From contig NW_021835457.1 of NCBI RefSeq assembly GCF_006345805.1, forward strand, positions 74,945 through 138,944: a stretch of 64,000 nt of DNA, written 5' to 3'. Shown piece after piece: positions 52,340 through 64,000 of this stretch (positions within the stretch are counted from its first letter, which is position 1; every line of letters starts with the position of its first letter). A program made the position numbers and the translations under genes. The notes under the pieces are model-generated. The model was not told where the DNA came from and ran no database searches. It was given only the letters and a program-made list of their open reading frames with translations. This DNA comes from Octopus sinensis (Eukaryota).

Positions 52340-53925
52340 CAGTATGGTCCAAAAATAGTACACCCCTTGTTTTTTTGTCGAAAAAGTCTTATATCTGCTA
52401 AAATAATACATTTATTTAATTATTTTTTTGTGAATTATATCTGTTTTAGAGTTTAATGAATTTTTCACTTTATAGAAAATCGAAATGAATTTAATTATAC
52501 ATATATTTTAAAAAATTAATGAATTTTTAATGGTCCATAAATAGTACACCCTTAACAAATTCAACATCTGTTGTGCTTTAAAATTACCTAATAAAGTTTT
52601 ATTTAATATACAAAAATATTTTTATTTTTAGTTTATGTTTTTTTATTTTTTTAAAGTAATTATTTAACTAAATAATTATCTTATTGTCAAAATAATTAAC
52701 ATGAACTTTCGTAATGTTGATCTCTCTTCAGATATTAAAAATCGTATTATTTCCATACACGAGGACAACTATGGATACAAAAAAATTGCCAAAAAACTTG
52801 AGATTAGCAAGAACACCGTTGCTAAGATTGTACAAAAATACCGAAAAACGGAATAAACGGCATTTTAAATCGAGAAAGAGGGAGACCGAAGAAGTTATCT
52901 ATCAGATCTATCCGTCTAATCAGACGTTCTGCTGAAAAAAATCCAAGAATCTCTTCATCTGCAATTGCAAAACAATTGGAATCTTATTCTGTTATTAAAA
53001 TATAAAAATCTACAATAAAAAGGAGACTACATGAATGCAATTTATATGGCTGATACTTCGAAGGAAACCGTTATTGTCAAAAAGGTACAAAAGAAACCGT
53101 TTACAATTTGCAAAAAAATATGTAGGCAAAAATATGGATTTTTGGAATAGAATTCTGTGGTCAAATGAGACCAAAATCAATTTGTTCAGATCAAATGGAA
53201 TTAAGCATATGTGGCGCAAAAATGGCGGTGCACTAAATCCAAAATGCATAGTATCTACAATGAAACATGGCGGCGGAAATATAAAGATATGTGGATTTAT
53301 GAGCTTCCAAGGACCTGGTGAACTTTATACCATAAATGGAATCATGAATGCAGACATGTACATTAATATACTTGAGAAAAAAATGATGCCCTTTATCAAC
53401 GATCATTCAGAAAATCCGAATTTCCAACAAGATAACGATCCGAAGCATACTGCAAAGAAGACTAAAAGTTTTTTGACAGAAAAAAAAAATTTGCCAGATT
53501 TAAATCCAATTGAAAACATGTGGAGCTATTTAAAAAGAAAAATCGAAACATTTGACGTCATAAATAAAAAAAATCTGATAATAAGATAATTATTTAATTA
53601 AATAATTACTTTAAAAAAATAAAAGAACATAAACTAAAAATAAAAATATTTTTGTATATTAAATAAAACTTTATTAGGTAATTTTAAAGCACAACAGATG
53701 TTGAATTTGTTAAGGGTGTACTATTTATGAGCCGGCAGTTTTTTACGTTTTTGTTAATAAATGTTAAATAAATTGAATTTTGGTCTTAAAAAAATTAAAA
53801 ATTAACAACTCAGACTTAAAAAAAACTAAATTGCAAAAAAAAAAGTTCAGATAATTAATTATTAGTACCGAAAATGGATTTTTTCGTCAGAAAAACAAGG
53901 GGTGTACTATTTTTGGACCATACTG
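52340..53925 (+). mobile_element. Tc1 element with a defective transposase
   Basis: TIRs CAGTATGGTCCAAAAATAGTACACCCC, TA flanks; ILWSNETK (first catalytic D changed to N), QQDNDPKH, PDLNPIENMW. Confidence 0.9.
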
Positions 53926-55359
53926 TATGTTAATATACTCAAATGCTACAAAAAAGTTGCTGCATTCAAAAATAAATTATCTCTTTAGCGTCAGCGAATA
54001 GAAATATACACGAATCTTCATACAAGAAATCATCGTGGTTAGTAAAAAATATGCAGCTTTCTTTGCTATAAATGAACAACTTAAGCTGACTAAATATTTC
54101 TTGCATGTCTCATTATGATTCATCTACTAACACTTATGTGAAACTGGCATTTCAAGTTAATTAATTTAATCGAGCGTAAGTTTCTCAGTATCTTTCCGAC
54201 TTAAAGTCCCTTGTGAATTGTTCTTAGCAAAATAGTTAACAAAATAATTTAATTTGATAGAATGTCAACATTAGTAGACGATCACTTGTCCAATTTAGAC
54301 ACATTAAAAATCACTAAAGTCGAAATTTAAGTTAAGTTCACAAGAAAATACAAATTCCATAAGACTGACTTGAAGAAACATGTTTTGTGAATGTCTCTCG
54401 AGCTATGAAGGACTTTTTATTGATTACTAATAAAATTCTCGTCAAACAAACAGTTCAGAGCTGCTATTTTATCTAAGAGTGACTTCCGGTGTTACATGTT
54501 CTTTTACAAATCGTCGTCCTTTCTAATTTTTTTGATTATTAAATTTATTTAGAAATGAAATAAATTTATCTGAAGAGAACACCATTTAGTCTATCAACGA
54601 CGATTACTTAAATAGGCTATTAAACCAAAGATAAGAATGTTGGGTCACTAATTTGACAGGTTGTTGACATGAATAAAACAAAGATTCATTCTTAATGTCA
54701 AAAACAAGGCATAATCGTGCACTCTCTTCCAAAAATGAACAAAAATGCAATCACGTGATGAATCGATTTGTTGAATGTTTTTTTGGGATTGCTAATAAAT
54801 TTCTCGTCAACACTTAAGAACTGATATTTTATTTAAGAGTGACTTTCGGTGTTTTAATGATACAATGTTTCAGAAGTGTCTTGGATATGAGTTTGTACAC
54901 AAAGTTGGTGGGCTAGTCGTAAATGTGTAAAACTTGGATGAGAGTTTCGATGTTCTATGAGGTCAATATTTTTAGTAAAGCCATTTCGTAATTTCTGATG
55001 TGTCATCTTGGCTAGTAGAACAGGTTTATGACGTTTGATCTATATTTCACTTATTTTGTTTATTTTACCAAATGAAAACAAATTAAGTTAGGAATAGGCA
55101 GAGGGGAAACTCCGGGGGGGCTAAAGCACGCACCCTCTTGCGGAAAGTACCGCATGCGTGTTGCCACGAAATTTCACTTATTTTATGTCAATAATTTATT
55201 ACTAAAAATGATTGAGGATGTCAATTATGTCTTCGAGAGTGAAAGGGTGTCACAGATTGTTTATAACAAAAAAAATATTGAGAGAATACCTAAAGATGGC
55301 TGGAATTGCATCACCATTAAACTTTGTTTGATTATAATGTACGTGTTTGTTTAGATTTT

Positions 55360-55990
55360 TCTAAAAATTCATGATATCCATAATCAACAAATTTACTATA
55401 AGACATTTAATCATCAATTTGAATTTTCTTACTTATTTCCGTAATACTTAGATTTACTTTTGATTCTGATTGCTTCACATTTTATCCATTAAGCATGACG
55501 AAAACAATTTTCAATGGTCGTATGAGTTAATTTATTCCAAACAAATACTGTAAATCTCCCCGCAGTTTTAAGGGTGATTGGATTAATTGCATTCTGACAA
55601 TTTTCCCCTGCCTCAACCTTTTCGATACTATCATTTATTTTCAAATTGATAAATTCGCTTTTAAAGCATTTAATTCCATGATCTATTAATTCCAAGACCG
55701 AAAAAGTTTATATGAGGCAAAAAGAGAAATTCAATAAATTTTAACGTGACAATAATTAGATGAAATGGCCATTAGCCATTAGTTTTGTCATTAATGTTTG
55801 TTTATTGTAAGTAGAATTTTTGATTTTTCTTCACAAGTTCAAAATTATTTATTAAACATTTCACGTTTCATCCATGCATTATCAAAATGGGTGTAGGTAA
55901 AATAATTTCTAGTGTCATAATTTCCAATTTCCAGTTCTTAGCTCGAGACGATTTCGTAATTTGAACTTCTCTAGCCGCCCACAACATGAT
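55360..55990 (-). mobile_element. pogo/Tigger transposase remnant
   Basis: ELIDHGIKCFK...WNKLTHTTIENCFRHA; NAWMKREMF. Confidence 0.6.
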
Positions 55991-55999
55991 TTAAATTCA

Positions 56000-56480
56000 T
56001 TTTTTCCAAATTTTAAAGGCGTCCAAAATGTTTGCAGGTCATTAGCCGGTAAATCCAGACAGAATTCAATGAAGGGAGGTAGAACCTCTCCGACAAACTG
56101 ACGGCTTCTGGAAACTGAAAAATGGGCATGCGGCGCCAGGTCTTTCGGATCCCTCCGAACTTGATGGAAAGTTTTCCTTGGGTCCAAGCGATTTCGCCGA
56201 AAGCGATGTTCAGAACTGCTTCCATGTACGATTTCAGGGAAGTTTCCATGGAGGATAACATGTCAGGATGAGAGTAGCATAGCAGGCAGCGGAGCGTATA
56301 TAGCAGTTTCGGCATATGCATACTGCTTTTCATGAGGAAGAAGGCGGTATGAAAGTCCAGGGATGAGATCGGTTATTGATTTTCTCAAATCAAAAAAATT
56401 TGCCTGAGGATCGTTGATATTTAAAAGTTTGCATTTTCCTTTATCTAATTCTAGCCCGAGGTGTCAATTCACTTCGTGCG
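56000..56480 (-). mobile_element. CRE-clade LINE RT C-terminal fragment
   Basis: MPKLLYTLRC...AWTQGKLSIKFGG. Confidence 0.6.
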
Positions 56481-57019
56481 GGGATTTTTAAATCATCTTT
56501 TTTTTGGACAACTCATCTTGGTATTGAAAATGATATTCCGTGTCTGAGAATTTCTAAAAAAATCGAGAAGTACTTCAAAATACCAAACACTTTTTTTGTA
56601 AGAACAAATTAAGTTGATTCCAATCGTAATTTGATACACGCAGGTGCTGACGAGGTGAGCTTAAATCATAAGACCGCCTCAGACAAGTCAAAGTCAAAAA
56701 ATTCCACAAATATGATCTACTAGCAAATGAACTTTCGATACTCTATGAAGCACAGATGGAAACTATTCCGGTGGTTTTGATGTGGGATGGAGTTGTTTCA
56801 AAATGCTTTAAAAATTAAATAGCCATTGAAAAGCAACAAGAGCTTATATCCAATATGTTGTGCTGAAACAAATTCTCGAAAGTATGTTAATTGAACATAA
56901 GCATGAAATGGAGGTTTCTGATGAAGAATACTCCTCTGCTACCGACCAACTTATAGAACAGGAATGTTGTTTGAACACGTCAATTGGAGCTATGGGATAC
57001 ATAATAACTTTGTCTGACA

Positions 57020-57130
57020 AAGAAATAAAACAAATTCTCCAGAGTTCAAGAATACCATATCAAAAACTCTGTCAGAAGTACAATCCACAGAGTCAAGGGA
57101 TTGTTGAAAGATTCAATCATACGATCTCAC
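57020..57130 (+). mobile_element. Retroviral-type integrase core fragment
   Basis: YNPQSQGIVERFNHTI. Confidence 0.55.
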
Positions 57131-60100
57131 AGATTTCATACGATCTCGAAACGAGGAATTTAGGGCTACAAAAATATTGAAAAAATACTGTAGCGGAGAC
57201 ATACGATGAAGAAAACCGGGATGGTGTGCATAAAATTGCTGAATCAACAGAGTTAGACTGTAAAAACATTCCCGAAATATAGTAAACTTTATTTTAAAAA
57301 AGGTGATTACAAATTTAATCTTTCTCGGATAGACCTGAATTATCATAAAATAAAAAGTTGAATAAAAAGATGGGAGTGAATCGTTTAAAATATGAATTTA
57401 ACATTGAAAATAGTGAATTCAATTTATAATTACTCATTTGGGGATTTCACTCTCGGGAACCAAGAACAAACTTCAGTGTACTTTGACTTACGGATTATTC
57501 CATCTCACGCATGTACTATTTTTCCATCCTAGGGCGTGGTCTAGTTAATGCGGAAGAAGGGACTCATTTGGTCATTTGTTCCCGCGGATTTATACTTAAT
57601 AAAGTTTGGAATCTATTTTGGCACGTGGTTTTGACTAATCTTGACTGCTTTGGAGTGGCTGAAACGTGTTACCACGTCGTCACTTCTTTGTTGTTTTCTT
57701 ACACTCAAATGACTCTTTCTCCTATCAGTCTGTATTAATTTGTACTTTTTGATTTACTGTTTTGTAATTTAATTTTCGAATGAGTTCATTAATTACAACA
57801 ACGAATGAGATTTATATTTGCTGTCCAATTATTATTACCTATTAAAATTTGGGATGAAATGTATGAACTTCTAGTCAATATATTTGACGAGTATTGGTAG
57901 TGTGCTGTTCCGAGAGTTTTGGATTGTCGTGAATATATGATAAGATGAAAAGGATAGATACCCTAAACAAACTACATTCATCAAATGACTGTCTCAATCT
58001 ACGACACTGCAAAAACAGTTCAAGGAGTAGTCTTAAACACCTTAGAGTAATTAAGTTGTTGGGAAAGTTGATTCACAACCAGCTCGGACTGAATACAGAT
58101 CGGACTATACCCCACAGTTGAACGATTAAATGGGAATGTGGTTTGGGTGTATTTGTGTGTAGAAGAGTCGTTCTGAGACAAGTTCTGAAAACGAGAACTA
58201 TATATCAGCAATATGTATTCTTTGCCAACTTCTTCCATAATTTTCTGCTTGAAAGTGTTAGTCCATTAATTCTGTAGGACACATAAAGAGCGATATCAGT
58301 TCTATCCAAATCCTTTGCTTTAAAAACTTTGTAGATTATTACCCGATTTAGTAATGTTTTCAAAATCCGTCTGTTTTTTAATCTTCTATCATTTTAATAA
58401 TCGTCCATTAATATTCTATTATTTATTTATATTAATAAAGCTCAATTAATAAGAAAATAATTTATAATCAATTTTATAATGTTAATTTCAACAATTTAAA
58501 GCAATATTATATATATTATAAATCTACTTTAAAATGATAATTACACAATAGCGAGTTACACATCGGGATAATCTGATTCCTATGCAAAGCGCATAAATCT
58601 TTCGCCTTTTACTAAAGATTTCCGTGTGTAGGGGTTATCTGGTTATTTTATTTTTGTACCTCTTTGGAGGTTTTTTTATTACTTTTGTAAATCATAAAAA
58701 CCTGCCATAAATTATCTGTTCGGCTACATATGGCCGTGCCCCCACCTAATAATAACAAAATGACACAAGTAAATTTATATTTTTCAAATTTTTTAAGAAA
58801 TAAGTTAATTTATGGACAGTTAGAAAACGGAGAAAGATTGTTGAAGACTACGCAGTTTAGGGCGCCTTCCCAGCCTCACGGATTGCGAAGCAGTTTCCGT
58901 GAATTACGGCGATGGAGAGGCGTTGAAGAAGTCAAAAGGACTATCTAGAATAGCCGTCTCAAAAAGCAGTTCCTGTTAAAAATGAATTCAATATGTCGAT
59001 AGACAGATCACTTAAATCAAATGCGGCGGAAATCATTAAATTTGGATCTAAATTCTGGATAGCTATCTTTTGGCTGCAGAAAAGAAAATCAAGATGGGAA
59101 AATCCTGCGGGGAATATCCGATCGAAACATTTGAAGAGCCAAATCATTTTTCCTACCATGGAGATGATTTTTTAGAAATTTTTATAACTTCATTCTTATC
59201 GAAGCTTTTATGTGAATCTCCGCGAAAATGTCGTTTTCATTATAAAGACCGGGCCTTTTATAAGATTAATTTTTTTCCACTTGAAACTCCAGTTTGATAA
59301 TTCAGGAGAATGAAGATGCAATAGAAAGAACAGATGACCGACAAAGTCGTTAATAAAACTAATGATCTACTTAGAGTAAATATAACAGTTAATAACAGTA
59401 AAATACTTGACTGTGGAAGCGTGTTTAATTAGTCACTAAAGCCAATCGGATACTCTCTATGATCTTTATTCTGTCCCAGTTTCTCGGTAAACATTAATCA
59501 AAAATTACTCATTACATAAACACAGAATAAATACCCACTGCGAAACCGGATTTATCTAGAAGGGACTCACACGCAAGAAAAAAGAGCAAAGATCATTTCC
59601 TCTGTCCTCGATTAATTAACATTAAGTGGTCTTTACTTAAATAAAATGTGTTTTCTGGCTATGAAGGGCTATAAAGTACTATGGCTCTTGTGATAAGACA
59701 AATAATAATAAACACAGAGATGTTAGTCGCTGAGCAAGCAGTCCAACTCTGCAATATCCATATTTTCATTCTCGTGTTACTGTATACTTTTATAAATTTA
59801 AACTTTATTGTGTTTATTTTTAGATTTTTTATTTTTTTCGATTAACAAACTTTTGGTTAAGTAATAATATAAATAGAAAATGTTCTTTAGGAGCGGAAGT
59901 TTGTGAAAAATATTTAGAGGTGTCAGCTCTAAAAAGTTTGGGGGATCCTGCCTTAAACTTTAATAGTCCAAAGTCATAAATGGGGACATTTTTGTAAAAA
60001 TGTGCGTTTTTTAGACCACCTGCTTGTTTTTTAAGATTTAGAGCCATTCCAGTGATGTGTAAAGTGACAACTTTTAATGAAACTTTTAACAGAATTCAAA

Positions 60101-60699
60101 GCCTACTTTCAAAATTTGTTAAAATGGGGCGCATTGATACAAAAGGAGACAATTACATTACTCTAAAAAGAAATGGAAAATCTGACTGATCTTCAATGAC
60201 GTCCATATAAAGTAACAAGATATATTTTTAGTAATTAAAAAGGTACTTTATTGGTGAGGGTTATGATATGTGTCACACCAAATAAACAGACTCGGAACTA
60301 AAAAGACAATCGGATATTAAACATCCAACATCTTACTGAATTGGTGTAGTAGTGGTGGTTAACTGCAAAATACAGCATTCCAAAAATCTGTAACTACAAC
60401 GCGATTCTCTTTAATGCTCAAATTGAAAAAAAGACACGTCTTATAAAACAAATTATTCTTTAATCATTCACTTGAAAAAGGAAGCCTATAACCAAACTCA
60501 CTTGTTTGAATCTCAATCAATCCGAAAATATTTATCGACTTAAACAAACGAGTAATCAACACTAATTCTAAAAATATTTGATTTAATAATAGAAAGCACA
60601 GATGCTATAAATCGACTGAACTGATGCCACTATCAAATAAAACTACAACTCTTAGCCCACCATTAAGCTCCCTATCACTGATTGATAACCAACTTATCT

Positions 60700-60850
60700 G
60701 TTTGTCCAAATATCTCTACCAGATTTGTCACAGCAGGTAGAATCCCATATAAGGGATTTTTCCTGCTCAAAGGGGAATGTAGTTAAGCCGTCAGGGCGTT
60801 TTCCGTCACCTCTGTCCAAACCGACAGGTTCGAGGACGGACGGCACCCCA
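60700..60850 (-). mobile_element. CRE-clade LINE endonuclease fragment
   Basis: [27 protein letters not shown], similar to the 42020-42100 segment. Confidence 0.7.
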
Positions 60851-61189
60851 GATATTTTGGTAGTTTTTCAGATAAGAATGCGATAAACATGCGTATGATA
60901 AATAGTGCCTGTCTTTCTGGAGCTCATTTAATAAATAATTACCGAATATCTTTTATGACTCAGATTTAAATATCGGAATTAAAAAGAAACGAGTCTGTAC
61001 ATTTGACACCATTGGTTTAAAGAAAAAACGAGAATGACTCCAAATATATTTTTTGCTTCTGGTGCCCTGAAAAAGACATAATCAAGGCCCCACGAGTGTA
61101 TTAAAATACCACATTTTAATTACAATTAAGACTAATAAAACCGCAAAGCCAATTTAAGTTTGATAAACAAAAATGAAAAATAAGCATAA

Positions 61190-63075
61190 CTAAGGAAATC
61201 GAATTTCAGCCTGATCAGCCATTGCCAACATATGCTGAGCCTCCGAACGCGTGACGGGATACTCCATGCACACTTTAGCAGCCAAAATGACCTGATCCCA
61301 ATTCTTCCTCTTAGTATGGTATCTCGCCAGTGCCATATAAGCGTGGTACAAATTCCCTGTTTCGTATATTCCCGAACGACCGGCCTCGTCTAAATAACTT
61401 CGGAATGCCACGGCCGATTGTTCCTCCCTCCCAAGTCGTTCATACATTTTTGCAAGCTTCAACAAAGCCACCGTCTCAATATCCCCCACACAGTGTGCCT
61501 TCCAGTAGCACTTAACCGCCTCCTCCACTCTATCCAACGACTCGTAGATCGTCCCCAAGGCCACCAACATCCTCGAATCATTCGGCCTGTCAAATATTTC
61601 TCTCAAAATACTTCAAAAGATGCGCTTTCGAGAAATAAAATATCGCAATCTGCGGCTGCTTTAAAGCCTCATAAGTCTGTCCCAGTCCATACCACCCCTT
61701 AAAGTCCCTTCGGTCAATTTCTAGTTATAATCCCACATTGGACAGACCGACGGCTTTCAGGTAGGCTTTGATGGCAGAACGAGGCATGTGCATCTCAATA
61801 CATTCATGTCCAATCAGAATCCACGTATTTGCGTTGTTCGAACACAACACCAAACTACGTCGGAGATGTTCCAGGGCCTTCGAATGGTTTCCACACAGAC
61901 TTCTGTCATTGGCCAAGGCAATGCACGTAGAAACAGCAAATCTGTCAGTATCGAAACATTTTTTGGCTATAAATGTCAGTTTTTCTCTGTTTTCCTACAC
62001 AAATTGTGACTAACTTTGACAAATTGGTGTTTATATAGCCAAACATACCATTGTGTAGAGAAGGCACGAATAATCAGCCAAATCTGACAGTCTGTAAGGG
62101 TAGGTTTCGAAAATCCTTTGATAAATGCTAAACGAGGACTCCACATCCCTCAAATCCGCCAAAGACCGAGCCAAAATACTGTTCAAATGGGCAAACGAGT
62201 TCAGTTCAGGACAAGAAGCCAACACCTCCTGAACTAGAACAGCACTTTCGTCCGGAATGTGCAGAAGGAGGTACATTTCACACACAAAAAAGACTTTACA
62301 CCAATGATTTGGAAGGTTTAGGGACTGGAGATGAGTCCTGTCTTCCACCAGCTTCATAATCTCCGTCCAGGTGTTCCAAAGTGATGGGTACAGGTCAAGG
62401 GAATGTAATAATACTGACAAAGCCTTTTCTTTTCTATTGAGAGAACGTAAAATGCTTCCATATCTATTTAATTAAAAATAATTTGTTATTTAATATTTTG
62501 TAAATATATTTTTACATTAATAAATCAAATGCATCGAGTTGGTCTTCGTGGTCGTTGTAAAGTCGTCTTAAATTTTCCAAATCCTGGTGAATTTCTATGT
62601 CGGATTTTGACAAAGTTTCTACAAAAAGAACTTTTAGCAGCAAACTATCAGGACAACATTCGTTGTCTGCAATTTGCTTTTGGCATACGAGATATCCTGC
62701 AAATCTTGAGAGGAATCCTAACGGAATCTCAGATCCGAACTCTTTTTCATATTCCTGAGTGATAAACTGCACTTGTTTGTACTCTCCGGCACGAAAACAA
62801 GCCATAGCGAACATGTACGTCTCGTCGTAGATATCTCCCTGTCATTAAAGTAAGGAAATGTGCCTACGAGAGCGTCAAAAGGGCAAGGAGTTGTTTTTAT
62901 TTCTCTGAGGGAGTACATCAGTTCTGAGGCCCTGGGGATTAATAGGCGTGGAATACCATTTGGCTGTTTTAAATAGACAGTGGGAGTAGCAGTGTTGTGT
63001 TAAGGATATTAGTTCGTCTTTTATTGTCTTTAAATCAAAATTTTTTAAGATCGGTAGAATTTGACACACGTCCAT
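61190..63075 (-). CDS. CDC23: Anaphase-promoting complex subunit 8
   Basis: CLFKTAKW|ASEL, PYRLSDLADYS, WILIGHECIEM, RDFKGWYGLGQTYE, RPNDSRMLVALG..YESL..A.KCY. Confidence 0.93.
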
Positions 63076-63211
63076 CGCGAGGGCTGTTATTTAATATTTA
63101 AATATTTTTAATAGTTAATTATCAATAATATAAAAATTTATAGAATAGAACATATTTGAGACATATCAAAGAGAGGCACGTCACCACCTCAACCAATGAA
63201 AGAGTAAACCA

Positions 63212-63973
63212 ATGAGCAAACTACTTATTGTGTTAAAGAACATTGTAGATGAAGACAGTCTACACATGATACATATGCTATTATCGGAAACTCAACTTTT
63301 TGTCAGAATTGGCCCTAAGGAGTCTAGACTATTTCTTACAGATGTTGGAACCCCACAAGGGGACACACTATCGCCTATATTATTTATCGTCTATCTGGAG
63401 GCAGCTCTGAGAGACCTAAGAGTAGAAATTGGATGTATGGACAACCAAGTTGTGGAACTCATATACGCAAATGATCTTGATTTTATTACGGAGGATCGGA
63501 AATTAATAGAAATTACTATGGAGAAAGCAAGAACAATTTTAGATAAATGGTCACTCAAAGTTAATGAAGAGAAAACCGAAATAACCACCATCGAACGTAT
63601 GCCAACTCGCATAGATGAGAAGTGGCGAAACGTCTGAAAACTCGGATCTCTTCTTAGCGATTCCGAAAATATTATTAGACGAAAAATATTATCAACAATT
63701 GCACTTAAAAAACTTCAATCTATCTGGATGAGAAAAAACCAAATTTCGACCAAGAAGAAAATATCAAATGATAAATTATACAGGTTAGCTAACTGTGGGC
63801 CTATAAGTCTAAATGTACTTGAAACCCGCTGGCGCCTGTTTGGACATATTTTACGAATAAACAAAGAAACACCTTGCAATATGGCCATGGAAGAATTTTT
63901 CGGCCATACTGAATACTCTAAATATAGAGGACGTCCAAGAGACTGTAAATACTTACGAAGGAATATGCTATGA
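63212..63973 (+). mobile_element. RTE-like LINE reverse-transcriptase fragment
   Basis: GTPQGDTLSPILF, YANDL (degenerate YADD), LKVNEEKT, RWRLFGHILR, RGRPR; internal stop. Confidence 0.8.
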
Positions 63974-64000
63974 TCGGAGGCCGATTGATGGATGCAGACG

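Noticed and set aside
58540-59330. Short ORFs on both strands
   Set aside because: No motif, no consistent splicing and no repeat support.

Overview
AT-rich eukaryotic (animal) genomic DNA. Genes are compact and broken by many ultra-short spliceosomal introns (about 20-28 nt). An HR96/NR1J nuclear receptor points to a protostome, and the intron size fits a dicyemid mesozoan (inference). Splicing by hand recovers a multi-C-type-lectin membrane receptor, CDK5RAP3, an Ig-domain membrane protein, a tight co-oriented block (HR96, atypical PDI, DLD, WAPL, MAU2), CWC27, IFT25, TXNDC9, FBXO47 (plus a 3.4-kb tandem duplicate carrying an F-box-less copy) and CDC23. Between them lies abundant, often nested, transposon debris: Tc1, pogo/Tigger, hAT, CRE, R2/R4-like and RTE-like LINEs, a solo LTR and MITEs. 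The most striking unexplained feature is a ~0.83-kb tandem array at 35.0-39.5 kb. It holds four small ORFs that all end in K-G-x-C-I-I-(I/F)-stop, a CaaX prenylation box, with substitutions concentrated in the codons just upstream. This resembles fungal lipopeptide-pheromone precursors. Several genes carry single-base homopolymer indels that are probably assembly errors.
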